Origin: Ostrea edulis
Taxonomy: Eukaryota
Assembly (NCBI RefSeq): GCF_947568905.1
Contig: NC_079164.1
Location: forward strand, 100,564,001 to 100,628,000
Direction of reading: 5' to 3'
Length of the DNA stretch: 64,000 bases
The translations under genes were made by a program, and so were the position numbers. Positions 42,238 through 54,613 of this stretch are shown here, one piece after another; position 1 is the first letter of the stretch, and every line of letters starts with the position of its first letter. The notes under the pieces are model-generated. The model was not told where the DNA came from. It saw only the letters and a list, made by a program, of their open reading frames with translations, and made no database searches.

Positions 42238-42388
42238 TCAGTCCCCTCCCGCTGCCGTTTTGTTGCGTTCGTGTGTGTGTAGTTTCCGGTAGAGACTTTG
42301 TACATAGGTGAAGACGCACTTCCAGTCTGGCTTCTGCATGCGGACCATGTCCTCCACGTCCAAGAGTGGGGCAATGTCTGCACATTTC
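42238..42388 (-). CDS. SMTN-like: Ig-smoothelin-like gene, last coding exon (end of CH domain: LLDVEDMVRMQKPDWKCVFTYVQSLY...)
   Basis: tgtgtttag acceptor, phase 2; DxEDMV...PDWKCVxTY is the smoothelin-type CH signature; TGA at 42240-42238. Confidence 0.93.
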
Positions 42389-42638
42389 CTAAACACAACA
42401 AATTTTAAAGTAAAACTCGATACTGTCGTATTCTAGACGCACTTTTTTTTTATTTGCTTATCTCTCCTATCTAAAAACTTTCGATTTTCTCTCTTGCCCA
42501 GATTTCTGACAATTTCAAGTTTAATCTTGATTTGTTTAATGAACAGTTTGCCGGTCTGGCAAGTTGCTAAATGTATTATCTTGCCACAAAGTTTTTTTTT
42601 CGGGGGAGGGTGTTATTATTTTGCTATTTCTCTACTTA

Positions 42639-42812
<174 letters not shown>

Positions 42813-43612
42813 TCATCAAATACAGAAGCCACGAGGAAAGCCAATAGAAATTTCAATTCTTTGAGTTAATTACAAAATATTTTGAAATTTAATCTGAACA
42901 TAAAATATATTAGTACAGAAAAACGAATATGTAATCAAGTGATATTGTATCATGCTAATGATTAGTATAGATAAAGTGATTATGTATATTAGATATAGAG
43001 ATATAAAAAAGGTTAGTATCACGTGGTTAAGTCCCACAACAACCTGCCCACACGTACCCCCTCCAGTTCCCGTATCGTCATACACCGCATTTGTATATCT
43101 ACGTTATGAGTTTATTGACTCCACACCAAACGTTAATGTATCTATTCTCAATGCTAATCCACATATCACCAAATGATTATCACCAAACCAAACTCAACAA
43201 TTTTTAGTAATCAAACCATAAAAAATACAGTGTTTACAGTTAAAACCAAAGCCGTTTAGAATCTTAGCTGAAATCGCAGATGTTGTACATGTTCATCTAC
43301 TACTGGTACAACAGTTCTAAGGCACGCAATACTTCTAAAGCATTCAACTCCATGCCGCTATAAACATTACGCTGTGCCTTCACAGCATAACGCCAGACCT
43401 CTACAGCATAATTACATGCTTCTAAAGCATACACTTTTGCAAATGTAGAAAGCATTCTACACAAATGGCAGCATACGAAACAAATATATGTACTTCTAGC
43501 ACTTGTACATGTACAACTTCTGCTTTATAATTCTAATCAGCGACCACGACAACCTTGGTAGCTCATGCATGACTATTCGTTTCCATGACAATGGCATGCA
43601 GTCATGCGTTAC

Positions 43613-43718
43613 CTCATATTCCCGCGTCATGGCTTTTGTCCAATCCAGTAACATTTGTTTGATTGCGCTGGGACTTCGAACCAGAGCCCTACCACCGCCT
43701 CCCCCGGGCGCTAAATTG
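43613..43718 (-). CDS. SMTN-like: Mutually exclusive exon B (NLAPGGGGGRALVRSPSAIKQMLLDWTKAMTREYE), first CH helix, canonical type
   Basis: ttttactgaag acceptor, GAG|gtaacg donor, phase 2/0; IKQMLLDW matches recalled smoothelin. Confidence 0.88.
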
Positions 43719-44483
43719 CTTCAGTAAAAGATGCACCGATTGGTTAATCTCTTGTTAAGATATACATGTACGTAACTAATGAAAAGGCTTCCTGGAAATT
43801 TGGTTATCAACTGCAACCAAATTTCTAAGAATACAAACGTAATAAAACCTGGAAAAGAAAGCTTTGTTTGTTTGTATGTGACAGGATTTTACTAAGGTAC
43901 ACAACATAGACTAAGAATGGCAAAAATGTTAGCATGTGAAGGCATTGTTATTAGCAACACATAAAACAGTTCAAAAGTTTATTTTCCAAGGCTGATGTTT
44001 AATCAGATATCTAATGCATATATAACAATCCAGATTCTTTTGACTGGCAGTGCGTCAAAAAATAGGTTCATCTGTTTTTGAATTGTTTGAGAAGATGCTT
44101 TCGTTCACAAAGTTTGAATTTCAAGGGATGCTTTTAAAACATGTTTGATAGAGACACTCGTTTGTCAGGAAATGTAAAATACAGTACAATCCAAATCTGC
44201 CGAAATTCCTCATTAGATATCCGTTATAATGAATTATCCGTTATAATGAATATCAGAAAACTGAACTGTGTAACTACATGTGTATATATCAACATGGGCA
44301 TAAAAGGGAAGCACATTAATACACAAGACAAAAATTCAAACAACACACGTAAAAAAAATCAAGTACGAAAATCAGAAATGTTAGAGATTAAAACATGGCT
44401 GTACGCGTACAACAAATATGAGCAGTGAGATATCTACAGGTTAGCGGTGAGCCGGCGCTGACCAGCAAGGCTAGCCGGTATAC

Positions 44484-44598
44484 CTCATAATCTGCCGTAT
44501 TCTTTTGACAGAATCGGAGAATTTCCTGCTTAATTGTGACAGCATTTCGCCGCAATGTGGTGGCTGCTTTTTTGGCGTACGACACAGATAATAAACCA
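44484..44598 (-). CDS. SMTN-like: Mutually exclusive exon A (GLLSVSYAKKAATTLRRNAVTIKQEILRFCQKNTADYE), first CH helix, divergent type
   Basis: catttgtgcag acceptor, GAG|gtatac donor, phase 2/0, homologous to exon B. Confidence 0.75.
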
Positions 44599-44639
44599 CT
44601 GCACAAATGACAGAGAGCATGTTAATACAGGGGTCATAC

Positions 44640-44872
44640 AGACAAACACACGGGTACAATTATTCTTAATTCACAGACAAACACACAGGTAGAATTCTTC
44701 TTAATTCACACACACGAACATACGGGCAGAATTCTTAATTCACATACACAAACACTTGGGTACAATTATTCTTATTTCACATACACAAACACACTGGTAG
44801 AATTATTCTTGATTCACAAACAAACACACTGGTAGAATTATTCTTAATTCACACACACAAACATACGGGTAT
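44640..44872. repeat. 35-37-bp minisatellite, about 6 copies (UG-rich on the transcribed - strand)
   Basis: Recurrent caaacacac.ggtagaattattcttaattcaca. Confidence 0.85.
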
Positions 44873-45725
44873 AATATGGTACATTAAATTTTCGTTTTAA
44901 AAACTTAAAAATTTGTACCAAAAAATGCACTTAAAATCTTTACTTATAGTGGCAGTTTCTGTTTTCTGTCTTTTAACAAAGATAACATGTTTTTTGTTTG
45001 TTAAGACATGTATATAGATAAGTTCAATGCCTTTCATCCTTGTTTATTCAATCTTGCAAATTAATGCTCTCTGAATACAAAACAGTATTTTTTTCCTGAT
45101 TTCAGCAAAGTTTTAATCAGATAAGCAATGATGAAGGCATGAAAAGCTGTTTGCCATTAATAAAACAACAATGCCAAAAACACTCAAATTCATGCACAAT
45201 AATAACACTTGTGTTGAAGAATTTAACAGTATTTGCAAAATAGCATCTTATGCCTGTTTGCTTTGATGTTCAAACTTGAACTTGCCTCAGCCTTGTGCAA
45301 TATATTTGTCAAAAACTCTTATAGATCTCACTGAACATCAGAATTAAATTTACAATCAAAGTACTTCTAGTGAGGTCAAATGAAATAGATTTTAATATCT
45401 AAATTTGGTATCCAATTGATCTTATTGTAGTTGTCAAGTTTCCATAAAGCAAACAGGGTTTCTACTCAGAACACTTCAATCAGATGCTAACATGATCAGA
45501 TATCCAGACTATGGAGGTCTAGAGCATCTCCTTAAAAAGTCTCAACTACCCAACTTATCATGTATCTTTTCAATGAAGTGTCCATAATTCAGATCAAGAA
45601 TAAACAATCCAGCTGAGGATTAACTTTTCAGATCAAACAATTCTGCTGTTCTTACAAAACCTACCCTTTAAACATACACGAAATTTTTTTAAATGTACAC
45701 GAAAAAATTCAAATCAAATACGTAC

Positions 45726-45795
45726 TTTGGTTTGGGAGCTGCATTGTCCATTTTCTGGAACATGGCTTTTGCCCCTTGTGCTCCCGAGGGTTTGG
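45726..45795 (-). CDS. SMTN-like: Ig-smoothelin-like exon (AKPSGAQGAKAMFQKMDNAAPKP)
   Basis: Strong polypyrimidine acceptor, AA|gtacgt donor, phase 1/2 fits both neighbours. Confidence 0.8.
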
Positions 45796-47131
45796 CTTCA
45801 AAAGAAAAAAAATCCAGATTTTGAAAATACACATCATTGGATTCAGGAAAGGAGATATTCTCTTCTTTTTTTTTTTTTTTCAAAAATGGAAAAATTCTTA
45901 CACATTTTCACTGAAAATCAAACAGTCCTCAAAGTTATGTTAAAGTATAGCTATGGTGCACTAATTTCTGTCTATCACATAACGTACTGCAGTATCTGTG
46001 ATGCACTGATGCAGCAATTGGTTACATACTGCCAATACTGTTTGCATCAAACACGAATCTATTTAGTGCCAATAATTGACTCCAGATTACACTGGGAGAC
46101 AGATGAGACACTGCCAACATGTAAAAAAAAAATCATCTCATCTTAAGTTCACTGTGCTGCTTGGGAATCCCAAAACAGCAAAACGATGTAAGCAAGATGA
46201 CGCAAAAACTGATTTGTTTTTTTTCAAATTTGATGGTGATGCATTGTTTGTTACTTGGATATTTTTATCGCGGTGCCACAAAAGCAATCATCAATACCAA
46301 AACAGTTTATATACGCAACACAGCACATCTGTAACGAGGCCCACTACTATAACATAACAAGCAACACCAGAAAAAATCCCCATGCTCAGGTTGTTCAACT
46401 AACTAAATAGCAGTGCTTTGTTCCTGCAGTCTGGCTGGTGAATTTTACATCTATCAAACCACTGATTGATATGCAACGTTAATTGTTAATTTGACACTTG
46501 ACCAATTGACCAATAAGTGACACAGTGACAGGTAGGTGTCTGTTTGACCTAATTTCTATCAGACACAACATACTGTTCCATTTAACAAGTTCTATTGTCA
46601 AACGGTCTGTATTCTTTCTTTTTCTGCAGATCCTGACCTCAAAATGCCAACACTAAAGGTCAGAGGATACCATGAATATCCAGAAAAGATAGGATGCGTA
46701 CAATGTAAATCAATCATCACGATGTTGTTAAATTATATATGTATATCAATTATATGAAAAATTATAGAGAAGTTTTTCGAGTTAATTTTCAAATCTATCA
46801 TCTTTCTGAGCTTCAATAGAAATATCAAGATCCAGCTTTGGACCATATGCAAGGAAAATTCAAGTAAAATTCAAGGGAAAACATCACCATAGATGTAAGA
46901 TTCAGCTATAATAAAACCTGTATAAGCAATTTAAGATATATCTATAGCATATCAACTCAAAGTATCCAATGACCTTAAGAAAAATTCCTATCTAGAGTAT
47001 ATCAACTCAAAGTATTCAATGACCTTAAGAAAAATTCCAAGTGGTTATTTAACTTGATTAAGTTTTAGGATTTGTTAATAAAAATGATGTGGAAAACAAG
47101 TGTACTGTGCAACAATGAAAACAACAGCTAC

Positions 47132-47272
47132 CTCCCCAGGATTGCGATTTCTGAGACGTATTTGTGATGCCGTTCCGGCTGTTCCACGACTCGGTTTTGA
47201 TGGTAATGTTACCACTGGTAACCGGTGATAAGGTATTGATCAGCTGATTGGTCAAAAACGTAGCGGCTTCTT
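47132..47272 (-). CDS. SMTN-like: Ig-smoothelin-like exon (EAATFLTNQLINTLSPVTSGNITIKTESWNSRNGITNTSQKSQSWG)
   Basis: Open 141-nt phase 1/1 exon between flanking exons; weaker splice sites. Confidence 0.65.
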
Positions 47273-48451
47273 CTATTCCATGATGCAAACCAAAAAGGAA
47301 AACACACATGTCAAACATGCTCAGACATTGTTACGGGGGGAAGTCAAGCATGCCTTCAAAATAGCTCTATACATGGGAATCAAATTCACAACTGTTACTT
47401 TACATCTTTACTCAATTGACATGGTACATATTTTGTACGACCAAGTACGTTTTATTTTCTTTCTATCCATTTACATAACAAGATGCAGTTGTTTAGTCAT
47501 AAATTGTAAATATGCATCTGGTCCCATTCAATTTAATTAGAATTTTACTGGTTTTTTTTAATTTCATACTTGACTTCCAAATATAAAAATGTCAACACTA
47601 CTTTTGATTTAAAACATCTCCATTTATCTATGAAACACTTTTTTATGAGTACTTCAATGATCATTGCTGTAAATTATGCAAGAAAGCACTCAAGAAAATC
47701 TTTTTCTAGAAGAATGAGAGAATTTGCAGAGAATGTAAATCTGAGAGATATAATACAAGTTTGAACTCAGTGAAGGGAGGAGTGTAGTTTACCTGAATTA
47801 CACTTGGAGGAGTCAGCAGGGGTTAATAATGTATCTTTGATTATTGTAGTCCGAATTACGCCATCTACCATTAAATAGAAGAAATAATAGGGGTGAGTAG
47901 GCCTGAATTAGTCCCAGATAGCTATCCAACACTAACCATTAGATGTGCAGAATGTATATATATACAGGAAGTGTGAAGAAATATATTCACCCCCACCACC
48001 CCGTTGTAAGTACTAAAACTGATCCAGAAAAGATAAATATAATTAGTCCATACAATGTATGATAAGATTAACTCATGCAAATGTGCATAATATATAATAA
48101 TGATGAAAATAAGTATGCTGTTATAGGGAGTAAGAAAAACAAGCTATCTTTCATTAAAATATCCATGCTATACATTATTTTGAAAGGTAAAATTATAGAC
48201 ACAAAACACAGCCCTATGAATACAAGTTATAGACATATACCACAGCCCTATAGATACACAGTAAAACAAGATTACAGCAAACATGATTATTATGAATTCA
48301 CTCTTACAGCGAAGTGATTTTCATTTCATGTAGTTTTTAAACATATTAAGAATTTACTAAATATGATGAATGACTTTTATAATGTATCATTGTTCTTCCC
48401 CAGCACTTCGCTATAAGCGTGTTTTACTGTGCAGAGAACAGAGCCCTATAG

Positions 48452-48535
48452 ACCAGGCCGAGTAAACAGCCCTGTAGAATGGGCCGAGTAAACAGCCCTG
48501 TAGACCGGGCCGAGTAAACAGCCCTGTAGATCGGA
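48452..48535. repeat. 26-bp tandem repeat, 3 copies (GCCGAGTAAACAGCCCTGTAGA....)
   Basis: Direct; lies just inside the intron after the 48555 donor. Confidence 0.85.
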
Positions 48536-48554
48536 CAGAGAACAAAACCCCTAC

Positions 48555-48833
48555 CTGGGGTCTTTTGAATAGTGACTTTCTTCTCATCATGTTTGGCTAG
48601 CTTGTCGAACGTCTCCAAGTGTCGTTTCTTGTCTTCATCCGCCTGCTTCAGCTTGTCTTTGATGAGGTCCTCCCCCTTCTGTAGAATTCGTTCTCTTTCG
48701 GCTGAAGCTTCTTTAGCCGTCTGCTCAAAATTCTTCAGGTACCTCTCCTTTTCTTTCTCAGCTTGTTCAAACTTCTTTTTCACCAAGTCCCCCGTTTCTT
48801 TTTCTCTCTGTAGGCGTTTGGCTTCCCATTCCT
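48555..48833 (-). CDS. SMTN-like: Ig-smoothelin-like exon, charged coiled coil (EWEAKRLQREKE...KKVTIQKTP)
   Basis: ctgac branch site and ttgcag acceptor, G|gtaggg donor, phase 1/1, E/K-rich helix. Confidence 0.85.
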
Positions 48834-49182
48834 CTGCAATGCGTCAGTGAGACATTCCATTAAATATCTGTAACTTATTTTCAAGTACTCAAAGCTGCAT
48901 TAAACAGCACAATTTTCATTTAATGATGAATAAACATTTTTTTTTATTGTGAGAAAATCAAGATTTTTGGCAGAAACTAGTGCTTATGAGATATGATCCA
49001 AATTACATGTAGCAGAATTCTTGGCATGTTTGAATTATGAAAATGTTCATACATATCATAAGTTATGTAATGTACAAGTTATGTAATGTACAGTCACACT
49101 AATGGAGCTAATTTCACGGTCTGAATTTGATATGCTTTATCTTTAAATGGTGATCTTTTAACAGATAAAACTCATGTCATAC

Positions 49183-49258
49183 TTTGTTTCTTTTCTCTAA
49201 TCTCCTTCATTCGAGCTCGGATCTTTTTCCTTTCTTCAAAGTTCTCGGATTTGCTGAG
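49183..49258 (-). CDS. SMTN-like: Ig-smoothelin-like exon, smoothelin-domain second half (LSKSENFEERKKIRARMKEIREKKQ)
   Basis: FEERKxIRA motif as recalled for smoothelin; tcttgtag acceptor, A|gtatga donor, phase 0/1. Confidence 0.88.
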
Positions 49259-49864
49259 CTACAAGACAAACAGGTGTTAAAATTACTACGGGTGAAGTAT
49301 GAAATGAAACCAGGGTTCTCAGTGACATGATCTGTACATTTAAAGTATATAGGAATATCTTTAGAAAATTTAACATGTGTCAGAACATTTGTAAAACAAA
49401 ATGATACATGTATCAAAATGTAAAATGATATCAGGTTTGTTTGCTTTTTCTATCGATTTCACATTTCAATGATGAATAAAATACCCCATAATGATGACTT
49501 TATCCCCCCCCCCCCCTAAAATGCAATACGATATCAGGTTTGTTTTCTGTTGCTTTATTTTTTATCAAGTGCAAATTTTAATGATGACTAAAATATCTCA
49601 TAATGATGACTTTACGAAATTGAGATACAAAGCATAAAACATTACATTGCAATCTTGAGACGGAGCAATGTTATCATCAGAGTGATGCATTAGGAAAAAA
49701 CATTTTAAAAAAACCTCTGGTTGATGTGAACTGTATGTGTATAGGATAATGAGTAGTGCAGAAGCTCCATCAGCCCCTCGTTGTTTGTTCATTACATTGG
49801 CATCATTAGAGCTCAACATGGATAGATGTTTTGAGATAACCTTGGGATTTAGCCAGGCAAGCAA

Positions 49865-50060
49865 GTCACTGATCCCCACAACACACAGCAGTACTCAACA
49901 ACAATCACATACACAACTAAGTTATTGATCCCCACAACACAAAGCAGTACTCAACAACAATCATCTACACAACTAAGTCACTGATCCCCACAACACACAG
50001 CAGTACTCAACAACAATCACCTACACAACTGAGTTCTTGATCTTCACAACACACAGCACA
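49865..50060. repeat. 56-bp minisatellite, about 3.5 copies, decaying rightward to about 50230
   Basis: Unit starts at 49865, 49921, 49977 and 50033. Confidence 0.8.
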
Positions 50061-50302
50061 CAAGTCAACAACAAAACAATGATCAGCCAGTCAACCAAGT
50101 CACTGACTCACACAACACGAGTCAACAATAAAACAACGATCAGCTAGTCAACCAAGTCACTGACTCACACAACAAGAGTCAGGAAATATAGTCACTGACT
50201 AGTTTTAAAACACAACAAGAGTCAGAAAATAGTTCTATCTCTTCAAAACATGGAAGAGTTGCTGCGTTAATTCAACCATAGTCTGACATAGCTACATGTT
50301 CT

Positions 50303-51194
50303 ACAACCAAATCACCTGCAAACATCCGAGTCTGACAAAACGACTACAACCAAATCACCTGTAAACATCCGAGTCTGACAAAGCGACTACAACCAAATCA
50401 CCTGCAAACATCCGAGTCTGACAAAACGACTACAGCCAAATCACCTGTAAACATCCGAGTCTGACAAAGTGACTACAGCCAAATCACCTGTAAACATCCG
50501 AGTCTGACAAAGTGACTACAACCAAATCACCTGCAAACATCCGAGTCTGACAAAGTGACTACAACCAAATCACCTGTAAACATCCGAGTCTGGCAAAGTG
50601 ACTACAACCAAATCACCTGTAAACATCCGAGTCTGACAAAGTGACTACAACCAAATCACCTGTAAACATCCGAGTCTGACAAAGCGACTACAGCCAATCA
50701 CCTGCAAACATCCGAGTCTGACAAAGCGACTACAGCCAAATCACCTGCAAACATCCGAGTCTGACAAAACGACTACAACCAAATCACCTGTAAACATCCG
50801 AGTCTGGCAAAGTGACTACAACCAAATCACCTGTAAACATCCGAGTCTGACAAAGTGACTACAACCAAATCACCTGTAAACATCCGAGTCTGACAAAGCG
50901 ACTACAGCCAATCACCTGCAAACATCCGAGTCTGACAAAGCGACTACAGCCAAATCACCTGCAAACATCCGAGTCTGACAAAACGACTACAACCAAATCA
51001 CCTGTAAACATCCGAGTCTGACAAAACGACTACAACCAAATCACCTGTAAACATCCGAGTCTGACAAAGTGACTACAACCAAATCACCTGCAAACATCCG
51101 AGTCTGACAAAACCACTACAACCAAATCACCTGCAAACATCCGAGTCTGACAAAGCGACTACAACCAAATCACCTGCAAACATCCGAGTCTGAC
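50303..51194. repeat. 43-bp minisatellite (ACAACCAAATCACCTG[C/T]AAACATCCGAGTCTGACAAA..GACT), about 21 copies
   Basis: Direct periodicity. Confidence 0.96.
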
Positions 51195-52504
51195 CTATCT
51201 GGATTATGTATACATGTGTGATGTGTTGTGTAAGGAATTAAAAACTGGGGGAGGAAGAGGGAAGGGTGTAGCAATCAGAAACCAGATAAAGTAAGGTTAA
51301 ACCCTGAATACGGGCCTGCAAATGTATTTCTGATACAGAACATAAAAATAATAATTTGCTTATTTCAATGTTACCCCCTTGTGGAAATCAAAATATTTGA
51401 TCAGGCATCTGAATCACTCCCTCTAAAATTGGCTAGCTGTGTACATACAAAATTTGTAGGTACATCGAGTTTGGCAACACCTGACGAGAGAGAACAGTCT
51501 GGAAATAGTTTTGCGTAAGAATTGAAAATGACTAGAGTTAATTATCGAACAAGCGTAGGAGATAAAAAGACGGCATTCTGCACACGGAAGTGCTGTCAGT
51601 GCCTTGTTGAGGCTTGCTAGCACAGCACTGAGTCACCAGGAGCTGCTGGCAACGAGCCTTACATTTTGTTTCTAATTAACAACAATGCTCAGGTGTAGGA
51701 AGGGAATTCAGGACCCACATTCCAACAACATTTTGTTTCAAGATCACAAGAACCACTTTAAAACACCAGTCAAAATTCTCCAATATTTTTAGGCTCACAA
51801 CTAAAAATACTAGTACTACTTAAACATCCATGAGCGCTCGCTGCCATGGCCTATGACTCACTTTAAACTCTTTTTACTTTTCAAAAAAAAATTCTTTTCG
51901 AACCTTGTACAACTTATCCACAGACATAGATGGACGTGTATTTATCCTGAAGGATACACTTGCTCCCACTTTACCCCTGGTCCCGGCCAAATGACTCTAA
52001 ATACTGTAAATATGCCAAGAACTGATTGCCCCTGAAGCTAATTCTGTTTATATATTTGCAATATTAAAAAAAGAGCTGCATTAACAAGAGCCAAATGGAA
52101 TTCGCCTGCCGAAACAAATTATGATAATCACCGAGCACTTAGGAACTGACCATCAATGTTCTGGAGGTCATAGCACTACTTAGTAGAATAGAACAGGCAT
52201 CTATTGTGATGCCATCATCAGAAAACCTAGGATCAGTCCCTCGCCTTTCATACCCGGCCAGTTTCAGTAATAATAGGTGTATCATTGATGGATTAACATG
52301 TGCAATATTTCGAATATTATAACCTGGTACAAAAACACTTAATAGGCGCATGATTTCTGTAGTACGGCTGTACTTTACAGGGAGATGTTCTTGGAATGCG
52401 ACACACTGTGTCTGTGGCATAAGTGTGTTGAATATTGCGTCTGTGGGCTTAGATCTTGCATACTGTGTCGGTGAGTGGGTTGTAACCAGCTAGGCACTAC
52501 CTAC

Positions 52505-52600
52505 CAATTTATGTAATTCCTCTTCATCTTCTATTGTGTCATAGGATGCCATGGTAACGGAAGTGTCGGGGCGCTTGTTTGCGAATCTGGACGAGTCTTC
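52505..52600 (-). CDS. SMTN-like: Ig-smoothelin-like exon, smoothelin-domain first half (EDSSRFANKRPDTSVTMASYDTIEDEEELHKL)
   Basis: ttttcaacag acceptor, TTG|gtaggt donor, phase 0/0; IEDEEEL.KL motif; internal ACCATGG at 52555-52549. Confidence 0.86.
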
Positions 52601-53720
52601 CTGTTGAAAAATAAATGCGACACACATGAATTCTCAAAACTAAGTCAAATCTATCTAAAAATTCTCTCAATAATTTTTGTCTGGAATTTTCATAAACAAG
52701 ATAATAAAACAGGCGGAGTCTTTAGTAGGAATCGAGATTTGCTTGTATGTTACTCTGCAACGAAGGAGATAAGAATTCACAAAGCAATACCGATATTATA
52801 CAGCCAGATCATTTTTATAAACCAAAATTGCAATTTATGAGAAGTGTGCACCCCACTGTGGGGCCTCTTCATCTTTCTCTGCATTTTAGGTATTCAGTAA
52901 ACTGATGCTCCCACTACACCACATGATAAACAAAAAAACTTTGTAAACAAATACAAGGTAGTGCACATTAGCTTCAGGCAAAAATCACCAAGTAGTGAGG
53001 AAATCAGCGGGGATCGGCAGGTACTGGGCAGGGAAACAGACAAGAATGACGAGAAATCCTTAATCATCAGATCCACAGAGGAGGCTGGTTGTGAGATATG
53101 GTCAGTGAATCTCAGCAGGGGGGATACAAAGTAGCATGCTAATGGACACAATCTGTCTCAGAAGCAGATAACTCCATTTACACATTACTCAATCTAAACA
53201 TTGAAAGAACAGGAGAAGTTACCGTAACAATTTGTAAATGATAATGGAGATTTGTCAAATCTAAAATAAAAAACAAAAAACATGAAAAGGTGCATATATA
53301 TTTTTGAAATGTGGACAACATTTGGAGAAAGAAGGAATGAGATAAAAACCGACATTTAGAATAATTTTGTCCTGAAAAGACAGGGAATTCCTATGCTTGA
53401 TGGAATTTCGGTTTATTAAAGGGAGTACAAGGTTGAGAGGTCCCTCACCTGATGCAAACATTCTGTAATCTAGGAATACAATAAATGTCTTAAGATACCT
53501 AGATATTCAAATTTTTAAAACAAACAAACAAACAAAAAAACCCAAAAAACTAAAAAAAACTAGCATTTTCTTCTAGACTTAAGCTATATTAATTCATGCA
53601 AGAAAATAAAAACACTAAAATTCTTTTTAAATATTTCTTTTTTTAACAAAAGAAACAAAAACAAAATATTTTTTTAAAAAATAAAATTCTTCAAGCATTT
53701 TGTGATCAACACATTCTTAC

Positions 53721-53970
53721 CTTTCAACAATAAATAATTCCTAATCTCCAAAAGAATGGACCAGAACTTGTGATTCCTCACATTGCAAGTGACCTTCAGT
53801 AGTTTTTGAAGGAAAAGAAGAAAAAAGGTGCTGCAAGCTTACAAGCAGTGAAGAGGAATCGTGGCCAAGTAAACAGAAAGTATATATACATCTACAGCAG
53901 TTCCTGGTGATAAGACCAGACAGATGTAGCACATCTCATCATCAGAGAGCCTGCTTGCCTCCGATCAAAC
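53721..53970 (-). promoter_or_regulatory. Candidate alternative non-coding first exon (internal promoter) for a short smoothelin isoform
   Basis: Strong AAG|gtaaga donor at 53721/53720 inside the intron upstream of the Kozak ATG exon; 5' boundary is a guess. Confidence 0.4.
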
Positions 53971-54396
53971 ACACACACATTATCAGGATTTATTGGGCAA
54001 TAATGGCTGATTTTATTAATTAGGTGGCACGTCAGTTTCTTTGGTTGAAAATGTAGAGATTTACAATATAGTGTTGATTGTTTTGAAACTCTTTGATATT
54101 CAAGGATTGTAAATAGAAGAAAAAGAATTATGTGTTTTTAGTAAATATTTGCTACACACTTTTCTCGCTGGCAGGGAATGTGTATGGGATAACACAATCA
54201 GATAAGAATGTAAACAATTCTGGGATCCATTTTACAGTAGAAGTTACAATTGATTTTTTATTTGTTCTTTTTCATCTAAAATCTTGTTGTTTTAAAAAGC
54301 TTTATTTTAAAAACTGCTTGTGCATCGTTTTTTAATTTTCTCCATGGTTTATACAGTTACAAAAATAGCTGATTAAGAAATATAATTAATCTGAAG

Positions 54397-54500
54397 ACTG
54401 TATACAGGGAAATGTTCGCCCCCATTTTAATTTCACTCCTTTCACTCTCGTTATCATTGGACGAATTTAAGACTGGGCAAAACCATTTTATCTCGTATCT
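54397..54500 (+). mobile_element. Truncated end of a common bivalve MITE (CTGTATACAGGGAAAT.TTCGCCCCC...GAATTTAAGACTGGGC)
   Basis: Recognised from recall of oyster TA-flanked MITEs; no second terminus found. Confidence 0.45.
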
Positions 54501-54613
54501 CTTTTTCAAAAACAATCCTGTATATAACTGTGTTTGGTCTCAGGGTTTGGTTGCAGTGTTTGTGTTTGGTCTCACTGGGAAGTTCTTACAGACTTTATGA
54601 GGCAGGTACTCAC

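Noticed and set aside
48572-48850. + strand ORFs opposite smoothelin exons (also 54689-55249, 55991-56248, 62144-62368)
   Set aside because: Antisense shadows with no independent coding signal
54391-54432. Apparent intact hammerhead (CTGAAGA-CTGTATACAG-GGAAA-TG...CATT)
   Set aside because: It has an extra G in the core, stem I is out of register and AU-only, and the sequence is the terminus of a common MITE abutting host DNA; judged coincidental
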